Positions 16,069 through 30,589 of a stretch of 64,000 nt of DNA are shown one piece after another. Both the position numbers and the translations under genes were made by a program. Origin of the DNA: Eledone cirrhosa (taxonomy: Eukaryota). Location of the stretch: assembly GCA_964016885.1 (NCBI GenBank), contig OZ024760.1:14198001-14262000 (forward strand), in the 5' to 3' direction. Positions within the stretch are counted from its first letter, which is position 1, and each line of letters begins with the position of its first letter. Under the pieces are notes generated by a model. It was given only the letters and a program-made list of their open reading frames with translations. It was not told where the DNA came from and did not search any database.

Positions 16069-18482
16069 TATATATATACTCACAGACACATACACACATG
16101 TACACATACATAGACACACACATCTATCTCTCTCTCTATATATATATATATTTATATATAGACTCAGACAACACACACATACATAGATAAACACACACAT
16201 ACAGATATACACAGACACACACACACATATATATATAAAAAACATACACACACACATATATAAACACATACACAAACATATATATATATATAAACATACA
16301 CACACACATATATATATATATATAAACATACACATATACACACACACCCATATATATATATAAACACACACACACATATATATATATATAAACATACATA
16401 CACAAACACATACACACACCTAGCTAAGTAGTTGCCACTCAGTTGTGATTGACATTAAAAAGAAATCAATGATGGAGGGGGAGGAAGAAGGAAAGAAGGT
16501 GAAGAAGTGATGACTCAATATAGTCTAGCTATCTAATACACTGTCCAGTGTGTGTGTGTGTGTATGTTACTATGTGTGTATATATAGTGTCTGTGTGTGT
16601 AAATAGTGTCTGTGTGTGTATGTTAGTATGTGTGTATATATAGTGTCTGTGTATGTAAATAGTGTCTATATATGTGTGTGTATAAATAGTGTCTATATGT
16701 GTGTGTGTGTGTAAATAGTGTCTATATGTGTGTGTGTGTAAATAGTGTCTGTGTGTGTGTGTGTAAATAGTGTCTGTGTGTGTAAATAGTGTGTGTGTCT
16801 ATCGGTATGTATATGTACATATGTATGTGTATATGTATGTATGCATATATGTGTATATCTGTATGTATGTGTATATCTGTACATATGTATATGTATATCT
16901 GTACATATGTATATGTATATCTGTACATATATATATATATATATATATCTTGGTTATTCAATCTGCTAGAAAAAACAACCCAGTCTCTCTTAAAACACCC
17001 TATCACATTATATAAACTGAATATCAACAGAATCATTCTTTGGGAAGTGAGGGGAGGGCATCCAAAGATCAAAGGGTGAAGGTATTGAATCATTGCCTTC
17101 AACCATCATCATCATCACCATCATCGTCAACATCATTATCATCATCATCTTCATCGTCTTCATCATGATCACCATCATTATCACCATCACCGTTTTTCCT
17201 TGCCTGGGTTGTAACATTATGAAGCCAGACTTGTTTGGTGAACCATGTCATGCTCACACATTCCATTTTTGGCTTGGTTTTCTACGGATGGGTGCCCTTC
17301 CTAAATCCCACCACTTTACAGTGAGCACTAGGAGCATTTTATCATGGCACCAGTGCTACCACCTTACAGGGTGGACTGGAAGCATTGTGATTGTGGGTAG
17401 TGATTGTAGGGATGGTGGTGGTGATTGTGGTGCTAGTGGTAGTGGTGATGGTGGTGTTGATTGTGGTGCTAGTGGTAGTGGTGATGGTGGTGTTGATTGT
17501 GGTGATGGTGATGGTGGTAGTGGTGGTGGTGATAGTGGTGGTGGTGATAGTGATGGTGGGGCAGTCCTATCACGTCATTAAGAAGGCCTGAGACAAAGTC
17601 TGTATAAATGGTGTCCCACTTTGATGATAGGTTTGCTTCATAAAAACTCACCTGGGTCTAAACAACAATAACAAAATAAAATTTAATCATTGGTCTGCTC
17701 AATCAAAATTGACTTGGAGCTAACAACAAAAAACAATTTGATTATAGTTCTGTTCAATCAAAACTTATCTGGGGCTAAATAACAGCTACAACAAAACCCA
17801 CTTTGATCTTAGATTTACTCAATCAAAACTGGCTAAAAAACAACAGCAAGACAGGTTTGCTTGATCAAAACTTTATCAAAACTGACTTGGGGCTAAACAA
17901 CAATAACATCAACACAAACAATCCTAACATGTATTCCAAAATACAATCTGACATCTGATCCACTCAAACATATAGAGCTTCTCTTATAATTTCCTCCTAT
18001 TATGTGGTTCAGCTGATCTGTGAACTGGATCAGAGTGAGCAATTTTATGGAATTAACCATACACCACATCTAGAAAGAACTATGTCAAGGAAAAAGCCAT
18101 TGTGGAAAAATTTATAGAAACAAACCCCATTTTCCATTAAGTTGATTCAGAAACTCTTGCATGCTTGGCTCAAATTTCACAGATCAGTGAATCAACTGCC
18201 TTAGGTCTGTTTATATTTATTTATAACACTATTCAACTTGTTATATCAATGCTTGATTCTATGAATATGGTATCTTTAATGCCAAACTAATTTAGCAACA
18301 CTATATCCAAATAGAAAGTTCTTTGTTATGCTACATAAATCAACCGCAATACTACACCATGTGTTTATATATTGTCTGTGTGTGAGTGTCTATAACTCTT
18401 TAAAATTTGCATATACACACACACAATGCATTTCCTATCTCAGTCATGTTGCTACAACCACCAACCATAATAATATGCCATT

Positions 18483-18525
<43 letters not shown>

Positions 18526-19754
18526 ATGGAAGACTTGGGGTGAGGTGATAAAATCAGACCTTTCCCAATTGCACCTCTCAAAGGTGATGATACAGGACTG
18601 AGATCTCTGGCATTACATGGTAATACAGAAGACCCGACTTCCAATGGGCACAAGCCAAAGCTGAAGCATATAGACAGTATGCCCCGCCCCAACCCATCGT
18701 CCCACTGTAAAGACACCGTGTAGGCGTCACAACAAAAAGCACCCAGTACTCGCAGTAAATGAGGTTGGCATTAGGAAGGGCATCCAGCTGTAGAAACCAA
18801 GTTAACATTAGTTCTGTGCGAGCAAATCATGGTCACCTGACAACTCATCTAACGCATGTTGGCATGGAAAAATTGGCGTGAAACAGTGATGATGATGATA
18901 TATATATGTGTGTCTGTAACTCTTTGGAATTTACACACACTCACATACACACATTGCATTTCTTATATCAGTCATCATGCTACACTGAGTTTGCTTTCTA
19001 ATCACAAGGTCCTGGGTTTCTTTCTAAACCTACATTTGTTCCTGTGAATAGTTATTTCTCCAAAGTTACTTACACATATAAATCATGTATGTCATTTGTA
19101 CATACATGCTGAACATTTATGTAATTATATCCTAGTAATAATTTATTAAAATATCAATCTTATCTTTAATCCCTTCTACGTATCAGTAACCAACATAAAC
19201 TATAGAGTTTCTTATACAAACCAATCAAAACACAAATTTATCAAGCTCAGCCCCAACACCCAAAACTGATGCAACCCTCCCTCATTTTCCACATACAACC
19301 CATGCCAACAAAGGCATGTCCCCCACCATGTACTACAATAAAATGTTCAGATGGGGTTGGGAAGGGTTTCTGGGTGTGAAGGCCATGCTGAAACAAAACA
19401 TGAACAAGACAACAAAAGACACAAAAAGAAGTCCCAGCTCCGCCATGTAAAGTGGTTGGAATTAGAAAGAGCATCCAGCCATAGAAAAACAAGTAACCCC
19501 CCCCACACACACACACACACTAAAAATAAACAAAGCATATAAGCAAGATATGGTCACATGATATATCTAGCTTGATAATGTGACAACTCATCTAACCAAT
19601 GAAAATAGATGTTAAACTGTGATGATGGTGAGTTACGTCAGGGTCTGGTGCAGTAGCTGGTTAAGTTACCGATCACTCGACCATGAAGGAGGTTGTACTG
19701 GGATACATGCTACCAGTAGCAGGTAGAAATAATAATAATAATAATAATAATAAT

Positions 19755-19942
19755 AATTGTTTCTACTTTTGGCACAAGGCCAGCAATTACCCAGTGCATC
19801 ACTGGTACTTTATTTTATCGACCCCGTAAGGATGAAAGGCAAAGTTAACCTCGGCGGGATTTGAACTCAGAATGGCAAGGGCAGTAACTCTATATGTCAA
19901 AGCATGGCGTCCGACCCTCTACCGATACTGCCAATCCACCGA
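19755..19942 (-). mobile_element. SINE family A, internally deleted variant
   Basis: Reverse complement matches the consensus but lacks the ggtcgatttaatcgac segment. Lies about 30 nt downstream of the FARP donor. Confidence 0.85.
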
Positions 19943-19969
19943 TAATAATAAAAGAAAACATCAATTTAC

Positions 19970-20071
19970 CTGTACTTGGAAAATATGGTGATTATCATCC
20001 AACATTTTAACCCGAAGGTTGATTAGTTTGCCCTTCCGAGGGGATTTTGGTGACATAGGATCTGCTGCCAT
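19970..20071 (-). CDS. FARP: First coding exon of a FERM-domain protein, FARP1/FARP2 (Cdep)-like RhoGEF
   Basis: Minus strand reads cccaccATGG (strong Kozak), then 34 codons MAADPMSPKSPRKGKLINLRVKMLDDNHHIFQVQ, then a CAG|gtaaat donor. The GKL..+++.MLDD...FQV motif matches my recollection of the FERM N-terminus of human FARP1 (GKLVSIKIQMLDDTQEAFEV) and Drosophila Cdep. Too short for the ORF track. The following exons were not found in the window. Confidence 0.85.
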
Positions 20072-20237
20072 GGTGGGTTCCATTCAATTCTATATATCCT
20101 TTGGGTTTTGTTTCTTCTTTCTTCAGTTAGATAATTTTTTTTTTTTTCTAAAGGATAATCTTTTTTCCCCCAATTCCGTTTGGATAACTTTTACTATGGA
20201 AGTTTCATATTTTTTTCTTTATAATACCTTGAGAGCC
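20072..20237 (-). other. 5' UTR portion of the ATG-containing exon (exon about 20237->19970)
   Basis: Minus-strand polypyrimidine acceptor tttttttctttcctctttgcag|G at 20238-20260, followed by unique, non-repetitive sequence up to the ATG. Confidence 0.6.
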
Positions 20238-20446
20238 CTGCAAAGAGGAAAGAAAAAAATTTTTTATTATAAAATAAATAGAGAAATAAAGAAAAAAATG
20301 TAAAAAGAGAATAAAAACAACAAAAAAAGCATTTAGACCCTGAGCAAGCTGGTTGATGGTTGGATAACATCCATGAGCTTGGCAGGTCCTGCTTGGAGAT
20401 CCAACTGAATCTGTTGGAGAAGGTTGATTCTGACAGGAGAAGAACA

Positions 20447-20842
20447 GAAGAAGAAGGCAAAGAAGAAGAAGAAGAAGAAGAAGAAGGCAAAGAAGAAGAA
20501 GAAGAAGGCAAAGAAGAAGAAGAAGGCAAAGAAGAAGAAGAAGGCAAAGAAGAAGAAGAAGGCAAAGAAGAAGAAGAAGGCAAAGAAGAAGAAGAAGGCA
20601 AAGAAGAAGAAGAAGAAGAAGAAGAAGAAGAAGAAGAAGGCAAAGAAGAAGAAGGCAAAGAAGAAGAAGAAGGCAAAGAAGAAGGCAAAGAAGAAGAAGG
20701 CAAAGAAGAAGAAGGCAAAGAAGAAGAAGGCAAAGAAGAAGAAGGCAAAGAAGAAAAAGAAAAAGAAGAAGAAGAAGAAGAAGAAGAAGAAGAAGAAGAA
20801 GAAGAAGAAGAAGGTGAAGACGAAGGCGAAGAAGAAGAAGGT
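20447..20842. repeat. (GAA)n with periodic GGCAAA interruptions
   Basis: Directly visible. Confidence 0.95.
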
Positions 20843-21509
20843 GAAGTGGAAAATATTTATTTTATTGACCCCGTAAGGTTGAAAGGCAAAGCTAACCTCA
20901 GCAGGATTAGAACTCAGAATGTAAAGAGACACAACAACAACTGGTTAGCATTTGTCCAATGTTCTCACAACTCTCATAGTTTCTTACATTGAAATGAAGT
21001 TCAGTATATAGATTGGGGGGGGGGGGGGGCAGAAAGTGTGGGTGATTGTGACAAAAACTGTTTGATCAAAACCACTCTGGTGACCAACCAGCCAATTAAC
21101 CTACCAATCTACCAACCAATGAACCAATCCAACATCCCACCCAGCCAACCATCAATCAATCAACCATAGACATATCTCCCCCACCCCAGCTCCATATCTG
21201 TTTGCAAAGTTGTGGATTCACTGGTTGGAGCCAGCCTAACCCATCCTGGATGCACACCAATAGGAATACATATGTATACATATATATATATGTATATATA
21301 TATGTATATATATATACATATATATATGTATATATATATATATGTATATATATATATGTAAGAATTAAAATACTAGAGTGTGTTGGAGTTAAACACCCTC
21401 TTCATATTATAGAAATGACAGTAAAGATATAGCTCAATGTAATTAAACAGAGCCGAAGAATTATGAAAATAAACCAAAGAAGCCTTCAATACATCAAAAG
21501 TCTTTATTA

Positions 21510-21547
21510 GCCAACAATGTTTTGTCCTATTAAGGACTCATCAGGGC
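21510..21547 (-). ncRNA. Hammerhead ribozyme with G12A core mutation (probably inactive)
   Basis: Reverse complement: gcc CTGATGA gtcc-ttaata-ggac AAAAC att GTT ggc, followed by aataaa. GAAAC->AAAAC is consistent with CpG decay. Confidence 0.65.
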
Positions 21548-22554
21548 AAGTAAAGCTATAAGAAGCACTATCGGCCAATACAAGCCAAAAACTGAGTTTT
21601 TTGTGTCGAAAAAATCTGAAAAATTAATAAGCAGGATGACAGACGATCCGAGACTAGTTTGTTAAGGTGTTCACCTCATGATTGTAAGGTCATGAGAACG
21701 ATTATCACTGGTGCATTTCATGTTGCTCCAGTTCACTCAGCTGGAAAATAGTGAATTGCAACTGTAATCCAAAAAGGCTAGCCATGTGCCACGTTGAATC
21801 TCCCTGAGAACAATGGTAACCTCTACACTATTATGGGGTGAGAGAGTGAGAGAAAGAGAATGTGTAAGTGAGAGAGAGAAAGAGAATGAGTATCTGAGAG
21901 AAAAAGAGAGTGCAAGATAGACAATTAGATAGAGTGAGAGAGAACAGAAAAAAGAAAAAGACAAAGTCACAGTGACATAAAGAGAGAGAGAGAGAACAGA
22001 GAGGGAGAGTGTGAGAGTAAGAGAGAGTGTGAATGAGAAAGATATAGAGAGAAAGTGAGAGATATAGGGAGAAGGTGAGAGAGAGTGAGAGAGTGAGTGA
22101 GAGAGTGAGTGAGAGAGAGAGAGTGAGTGAGAGAGAGAAAGTGAGAAAAAAAGTGAAAGAGAGAGAGTAAGCAATCAGTGGTTGTGTTATATTGCACCAA
22201 TTCACCTGCTCTTTATATGAAGAAAAAAATAAATAAATAAAATTGAAAAAATTCCTCTGAAGACAGAAAAAAGTAGGTCAGATTATTACATACTGATACC
22301 TCCCCCTCACCTTACCTTTTCCCTCCTCCCTTTCCCTTTACTAAATTACCTTTACACTGACAGTCTTACTCACACAATTATATATATGTATATATATATA
22401 TATAATATATATATACACGTTTATATATATATATAATTGTTTCTACATTTGGCACAAGGCCAGCAATTAACCAGTGCATTACTGGTACTTTATTTTATCG
22501 ACCCCATAAGGATGAAAAGCAAAGTCAATACATATAATGCATATATATATATAA

Positions 22555-22588
<34 letters not shown>

Positions 22589-22961
22589 GCATATATATAT
22601 ATAATGCATATATATACATATAATGTATATATATATAATGCATATATATATATATAATGCATATATATACATATAATATATATAATGTATATAATGTATA
22701 TATATAATGAATATATATATATATATATAATGAATATATATATATATATATAATGTATATATATAATGCATATATATATAATGTATATTCTGTTTATAAT
22801 AATTTTGCTAGACATTTTTTTCCATTTATTCGCTTGGTTCGCTTGTCTTGCAATCTATACACATTAAACACACTAACCTTCTCTCTACTGGCTTGTAATC
22901 TCCACAACTAATCACCTATTTCTCTTCTTTGATTGGTTTGCTTGCTTAATATATATATATA

Positions 22962-23208
22962 TATTTAGTTATGTAATAAACAACATAAGAGAATTATTCC
23001 ATTTACCAAAGGTTTCATGAAGACAGACGAGCTTGACACAGACGTCTGAAATCAGATGAGCAATTTCAGACGTTTGTGTCAAGCTCGTCTGTCTTCGTGA
23101 AACCTTTGGTAAATGGAATAATTGTCTTATGTTGTTTATTACATAACTAAATAGCTCTGTAGCCTACATAGAGCACTCTCATTTCCTTTACATTTCCTAC
23201 AGAAACAA
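22962..23208 (+). mobile_element. Hairpin insertion in (TA)n with a partial HHR
   Basis: Arms 22962-23052 and 23063-23153 with loop cagatgagca. The right arm reads (c)AGATGA-stem-GAAAcctttggTA. Unpaired tail to about 23208. Confidence 0.6.
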
Positions 23209-23233
23209 TATATATATATAATATATATATATA

Positions 23234-23424
23234 CTGGGTGGCCCAAAAGTTGCAATACATAGGAAGTTTTCATATTTATTTATTTTGAATAAATTGTTTC
23301 TTATAATGTAATTATTTTTTTATGTATCGCGACTTTTGGGCCACCCTGCATATATATATATATATATATATATGTGTATATATACAGGGTGGCCCAAAAG
23401 TCACAATACATAAAAAAATAATTG
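23234..23424. mobile_element. Tc1/mariner-like MITE (23234-23348) plus an adjacent inverted TIR copy (23385-23424)
   Basis: TIR c[a/t]gggtggcccaaaagt…atacata / tatgtatcgcgacttttgggccaccctg, within (TA)n. Confidence 0.75.
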
Positions 23425-23648
23425 AAGTTTTTTCTGATGATTTGGTTAAGCATACATTGTATTTAAAATTGAGTGACACAACTTCAAGTGATTCGGAATT
23501 TCAAGACAACTTAACCAATGAAACAATTGTTAATACTGTAAATAAAACCCTTTTTGTACTGTTGGCCATGTTATTCTTCACTCTTTCACTATATATATAT
23601 ATAGTGACGAAACATTAGTCAATTGCATGAACTCATAATCCTTTATTT

Positions 23649-23704
23649 ACTGCTATATATATTTCGATGATAGCCATTGAATGGCTATGACCTCATCAGG
23701 CAGT
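23649..23704 (-). ncRNA. Type I minimal hammerhead ribozyme
   Basis: Reverse complement: actgc CTGATGA ggtc-atagccatt-c-aatggctat-catc GAAA tatata TA gcagt aaataaa. Perfect stem I and a long stem II. The insert lies between (TA)n tracts. Confidence 0.85.
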
Positions 23705-23769
23705 TAGTCAGTTCTTAGATATGCCAGCTCTGTGTTTTTGGTGTTGATGGTTTCAGAGCCTTGGGACAT

Positions 23770-23803
<34 letters not shown>

Positions 23804-24299
23804 GGTGACATAACTAAATCTCTGGTGCTGGTGCTCTGATAAAATGCACCTGACACATTGTAAAATTGTTGGCTATGGGAAAGGCCAGCCAGCTGTAGGA
23901 ACCAGACCTAAAACAGAACATGTGAGGAAGATATGATTCTGACAACCTGTCTAGGGAGGGAGGGTAGCAGTGACACTGGATATGAACTGATTTGAACCAT
24001 CAAATCTGTCAACATGGAAATAGTGGGGGTGGTGATGGTGGTGTTGGAGATGATGATGATGACGGTGGTGGTGATGATGGTCGTGGTGGCAGTGTTGGAG
24101 ATGATGACGAGGAGGTTGGTGGTGATGGTCGTGGTGGCAGTGTTGGAGATGATGACGAGGAGGTTGGTGGCAGCGATGATGGTGATGATGATGGCGTCAA
24201 TGAGTCACTTTGTTTAAAATAATTATCCAAAAAAATCCATATAAGGAAGATAATTTATGTTTGTTTTTTTTTATATCTTTTGAATTGTTCTATATTTAT

Positions 24300-24368
<69 letters not shown>

Positions 24369-24499
24369 TATATATAAACGCATGCTAGCATGGAAGAACG
24401 GACGTGGTGATGATATATATATATTCTCATTTGTTGTATATATATATACACACACACACTCTCTTTCTCTCTTTATATATGCACACACATACACACATT

Positions 24500-24534
<35 letters not shown>

Positions 24535-24827
24535 GTGTGTATTTGTTGTTTTTATTTGCATAATGAAGCGATGCCAATTAAATTTCAAACGTTCAAAATT
24601 AATCAACTGAAAAATATACAGACTAACAAACTAATTAAATAAACTGAATTCTATTGGCCTCTTATGTTAAAAATCTGGTAGGTTATGTATAATTAATTTA
24701 ACTAATTATGCATAAACAGCCTCGGGCATTTTACATGCTGTTGTTGTTGTTGTCTACTTTTCATCTCATTTGCATATATACATTTAGTTAAATATTATGA
24801 TACAGATACATGAATTATTATTATTTC

Positions 24828-25150
24828 AGACACCATGCTTTGCAGCATAGAGTTATGGCCCTTTACGTTCTGAGTTCAAATTCAGCCGATGTTAACTTTG
24901 CCTTTCATCCTTACAGGGTCGATAAAATAAAGCACCAGTAACATACTGGAGTCGATTTAATCGACTTTCCCCTCCCTCCAAATTGCTGGCCTTGTGCCTA
25001 TAGTAGAAATCATTATTGGCCCTTGCCATTCTGCGTTCAAATCCCGCTGAGGTTAACTTTACCTTTCATCCTTACGGGGGTTGATAAAATAAAGTACCAG
25101 TAATGCACTGGGTAATTGTTGGCCTTGTGCCAAAAGTAGAAACAATTATT
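24828..25150 (+). mobile_element. SINE family A tandem pair
   Basis: Two B-box/core units in tandem. Confidence 0.85.
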
Positions 25151-25164
25151 ATTATTGTTATTTC

Positions 25165-25560
25165 ATTTAGCTCAGTTCTGTTTCCCTATTGCCGGGTTCA
25201 GGCCTTGAACCTAGGGAAATAGAACTTTTCATTGTAGAGAGAGACCTCATCTGAGAATGTGTGCTGTTTCTAGTAGCCTGATCTTCTGTAGCTCATATTT
25301 GCTGATCTTGCAGGGAAGGATGATAAGGTGCAGGTCTGAGGATTTGGGTATTAATCCTAATGCTCCTGTTACCATAGGGATAGTGTTTGTGGTCATCCTC
25401 CACATGCAGTTGATCTCAGTTGATTTCTAGGCCTTTGTATTTTGAATTTCCATTGTTTTTATGGATGTATTCTTGTCAGCTGCTACGGAAATATCTATAA
25501 GATCTTTTGTTTTTTAATGATGATATCTGGTCAGTTGGCAGCGATTTCTCAGTTGGTTAT
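25165..25560 (-). mobile_element. R4/Dong-like non-LTR retrotransposon 3' fragment (REL endonuclease region)
   Basis: Reverse complement encodes, with frameshifts, …LIDISVAADKN…KYK…EINCMWRMTTNTIPMVTGALGLIPK…LQKIRLLETAHILR. Confidence 0.75.
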
Positions 25561-26462
25561 CACAGGCATATCCAACAAGATGGATATCTTACCTTTTTCC
25601 ATGACTGTTTTTGGTTGATGTTCTTACCATTTGTCAGAATCTGGTGGTCAGGGTGGCCGTGGTCTTTTGTGTGGTTTTCGCCACAAAATCATTATTACTA
25701 TTATTATTATTATGACCGTCTAACCCATGCTAGCGTGGAAAATGGACGTTAAACGAAGATGATGATGATGATGATTATTATTATTATTATCATTATTTGA
25801 AGTTATAAAAATATTTAGTACTAAATTTTCTATTAATATTTTCTGTAATCTTGTTATTTATACAAATCAATCTCAGGCATCACTCACGATTAGCTCTGAG
25901 GAAAGTGGTATGTGTATGTGTATATATATATATACACACACACATACGTCTTAAAGCTGATTCATTCATGTATTGGCTGTGATATATATATATATATCTC
26001 ACACCCAGTACATGATTTAGCTGTAAGACATGAAAGTGGATTTCATGTTTAAGATCTAGCGAAACATTACATAACATGGCTGTTGGGTTATACACATATA
26101 TATATACACACACATATATATATATATATATACACACACATATATATATATATACACACACATATATATATATATATATACACACACACATACATGTGTA
26201 TTGGTTCAGATGATACACAAAATGATGGATAAACAAATTTGACAGACAGCTGTGAGAAATATGTGTAGTGTGTGTTGTGTGTTGTGTGTATTTTGTGTGT
26301 TGTTGAGTGTGTGTGTTTTGTGTGTATTGTGTGTGTGTGTGTATGTGGTGTGTTGTTGTGTGTATGTGGTGTGTTGTGTGTGTGTATGTGGTGTGTTGTT
26401 GAGTGTGTATGTGGTGTGTTGTTGAGTGTGTGTGTGGTGTGTTGTTGTGTGTATGTGGCGTG

Positions 26463-26505
<43 letters not shown>

Positions 26506-26779
26506 CTGGTTCTCTGTTATATAACTGTCCATTGTAAAGTATTTTATATTTATCTAAAAAGAAACTTCTATCATAATTTTATGTAGAAATCTTTAATGTT
26601 CCAAACACCAGCTTAATAACGAGAAATAAATAACGAGAAAATTAATAACATTACTAAACTCCTCCAAATACTTGGTTATTTCTGAAATTATTTGAAAATC
26701 ATAAGCAATGTCTTTCATGAGAAATATCGTAAGTGATGGGTTAACTAAGACACCAAAGAAACCTTGAAAGGCAGCTTTA

Positions 26780-27693
26780 AGCCTTTAGCATTTACATTAC
26801 TCTATATTTACTATTGTATTTTCATGGTAAATACTTTATCTCACATAATTATCTATTAGATCTTAACCCTTTAGCCTCTAAACAGGCCATATCTGGCCAG
26901 AATTCGCTCACCTTGTTCTATTCAAACCGACTATAACCAGCCACTCATACTGATGTTAAGGTATTGTTCTGAAAATAAATAATATCAAATTGTCATAGAT
27001 TCGATATTGTGTGAGGTAAAGCCTTTACCATGAAAATACAATAGTATATATAGAGTAATGTAAATACCAAAGGGTTAAACCGGCCATATCCAGCCATAAT
27101 CTCTCACCTCTTTCTATTGTAACCAGCCGTAACCGGCCACTCATACTGATGTTAAGGTATTGTTCTCAAAATAGATAATATCAAAATCTCATAGATTCGA
27201 TATTATGTGAGATAAAGCCTTTACCATGAAAATACAATAGTATATATAGAGTAATGTAAATGCTAAAGGGTTAAACCAACTAAGGACATTCTTGCTTGTT
27301 TGCTAGCTCTACCTACTAAAATTTAGCCTTGTTGCTTTGTTTGTTGTAGTACTTGTTATTGTTGTTGTTGGAGTCAGTGTGGTTATTGACATGTTGCTTC
27401 TAGTTGTTGTTGTTGCTGCTGCTGCACACACCTGTGTAGATTAGGCCAAACTACCTTAACACTTTAGAATTTACATTATTCTATATTTACTTTTGTATTT
27501 TCACAGTAAAGTCTTTATCTTACATAATTATCTCACATAATATCAAGTCTACCAGATTTTGACATTATTTATTTTGAGAAGAATATCTTAACAGTAGTAT
27601 GAGTAACCAGTTACAGCCGGTTTGAACAGAAGGAGGTAAGAGAATTCTGGCCGGTTTAAATGTTTCTGGCTGGTTTAAATGTTAAAGGGTTAA
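26780..27693. mobile_element. Cluster of piggyBac-like MITE copies (26867-27074, 27079-27270, 27460-27690)
   Basis: Same internal sequence as 7907-8415, with TTAA-CCCTTTAG…CTAAAGGG-TTAA termini. Confidence 0.78.
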
Positions 27694-28954
27694 ATTAAAA
27701 ATAAAAAAACTATTGGAAAACTTGATGGTGTAAAGACAAACCACGGACAAAAAGCCCAACAACTACAACAACAACAATAACGACAATACAACTATTGATA
27801 AGACCTGGGTGTTTAATGATGTAAATAAAGATATGATGAAAGTGGGAGGTGTGAAGAAGAAGAAGAAGGCGAGAAGAAGAAGAAGAACAACAACAATAAA
27901 AGAAACTGTATGACAAGAGTAAGAAGATAATAAAAACACACAGACATACACAGTTACACACACAGTCACTCATTCACACACATAGAGTCGTGCATACATA
28001 CATACACACATGCATACACATATGCAAACACACACACACAGACGCATATACACATACTGTCACGTACACACAGTCACAGCGTGTGCAGATTGCTGATGAT
28101 TATTTAAACCAAATAAAATCATCTGTTGACTTAATTAGATAACAATGACAACAACGACAACAACAACAATGACAACAACAACAACAACAACAATGACAAC
28201 AACAACAATGACAACAACAACACTGACAACGACAACAACAACACTGACAACGACAACAACAGTGACGAAAAGAACTATAATGACAAGGACAACAACATGA
28301 TAAAGCTCATCAATTAACAGGTGTGAGTGGGCGGAGAGAGAGAGAGATATGGAGAAAGAACTAGAGAGAGAGATGGAAGGAGAGTGAGTGAGGAAGAGAG
28401 GGAAGAGAGAGAGTGAGTGATGAAGAGAGAAGATGGAGGGAGAGTGAGGGAGGGTGAGGAAGACAGAGAGATGGAGGGAAGGTGAGGAAGAGAGAGAGAT
28501 GGAGGGAAGGTGAGAGAGAGATGGAGGGAAGGTGAGGAAGAGAGAGAGATGGAGGGAGAGTGAGGGATGGTGAAGAAGAGAGGGAGAGTGAGGGATGGTG
28601 AAGAAGAGAGGGAGAGTGAGGGAGGGTGAAGAAGAGAGAGAGAGATGGAGGGAGAGTGAGGGAGGGTGAAGAAGAGAGAGAGGTGGAGGGTGAGTGAGGG
28701 AGGGTGAGGAAGAGAGAGAGGTGGAGGGTGAGTGAGGGAGGGTGAGTGAGGGAGGGTGAGGAAGAGAGAGAGATGGAGGGAGAGGGAGGGTGAGGAAGAG
28801 AGAGAGATGGAGGGAGAGGGAGGGGGAAGAGAGAGAGGGAGGGGAAGAGAGAGAGGGAGAGGAAGAGAGAGTGAGGGAGGGGGGGGGGGGGGGGAGAGAG
28901 ATGGAGTGAGAGTGAGTGAGGGAGACAGAGAAAGTGATAAAGAGAGAGAGAGAT

Positions 28955-29110
28955 CAAACCAGCCCCAGTATTTAACTGGTACTTTATCAACCTCGAAAGG
29001 ATGAAAGGCAAAGTTGACCTCAGTGGGATTTGAACTCAGAGAGCAGAGGGCCAGAACAGATATTGAGGCATTCTTAATCTGATCCCTAACGACTCTGATA
29101 ATTTGGCCCC
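28955..29110 (-). mobile_element. SINE family A fragment
   Basis: aggatgaaaggcaaagttgacctc…atttgaactcag. Confidence 0.75.
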
Positions 29111-30220
29111 TTAATTATAGAGACAACAACAACAACAACAACAACAATATCTACAACACAACAACAAAGGAATGATGTTAATTCTATATAACAAAAGTAT
29201 ACACCCGCACCACCATGTCACAAATTACACCCCAGACTGCAGTACACCACACCACACCACCATATCACACAATATCACACCACACCATACCACCATATCA
29301 CACCATGTAACTCAGTACACCAACACACTACACCACACCAGACCAGACAACACAACACCACACGACCAGACCAGACAACTCAGTACACCAACAGACTACA
29401 CCATCAGACCAGACTAGATCATGTAATGCAGTACATCACAGTACACAACACCCCACCCCACCACACCACACCACACTACACACTACACCACACTATACCA
29501 CACCACACTACACTACACCACACCACACCACACCACACTACACCACACCACACTACACCACACCACACCACACCACACCACACCACACCACACTACACCA
29601 CACCACACCACACTACACCTCACCACACCACATCACACCACACCACACTACACCACACCACACTACATCACACCACACTACACCACACCACACTACACCA
29701 TACCACACCAATGTTGTTAAGAAATAAAAATTGAAAACTGGCAGAATGAAGCAAGAATTAAACCAATACTGTGTAACTATTACTGTCATGTGATGTAGAA
29801 TTACATATACACAGACACACGCATATAAATATACATATATACACACACACGCATATAAATATACATATATACACACACACACATATAAATATACATATAT
29901 ACACACACACATATATATATATACATATATATACACACACACACATATACATATATATACACACACACACACATATCTATATACACACACACACACACAT
30001 ATCTATACATATATACACACACACGCATATAAATATACATATATACACACACACACATATATATATACACACACACATGTACATATATATACACACACAC
30101 ATATATATACATATATACACACACATATATATACATATATACACACACACATATATACACACACACACACACATATACATATATACACACACACACATAT
30201 ACATATATACACACACACAC

Positions 30221-30253
<33 letters not shown>

Positions 30254-30589
30254 CACACACACACATATCTATACATATATATACACACACACACACACAT
30301 ATACACACACAGACATATATACATATATATACACACACATATTTATATATATACACACACATATATATACACACACACACATATATATACACACTCACAT
30401 ATAAACATATATACACACACACATATATATACATATATACACACACATATATATACACGCATATATATATATATATACATATATAAACAGACATACACAT
30501 ACATGCAGATACATACACATATACACCCACACACATATATATATACATACACATATATATTATATATATACATATATATATATATATAG

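Noticed and set aside
20360-20992. 210-aa Glu/Lys-rich ORF
   Set aside because: Made of an RTE fragment, a (GAA)n array and a SINE.
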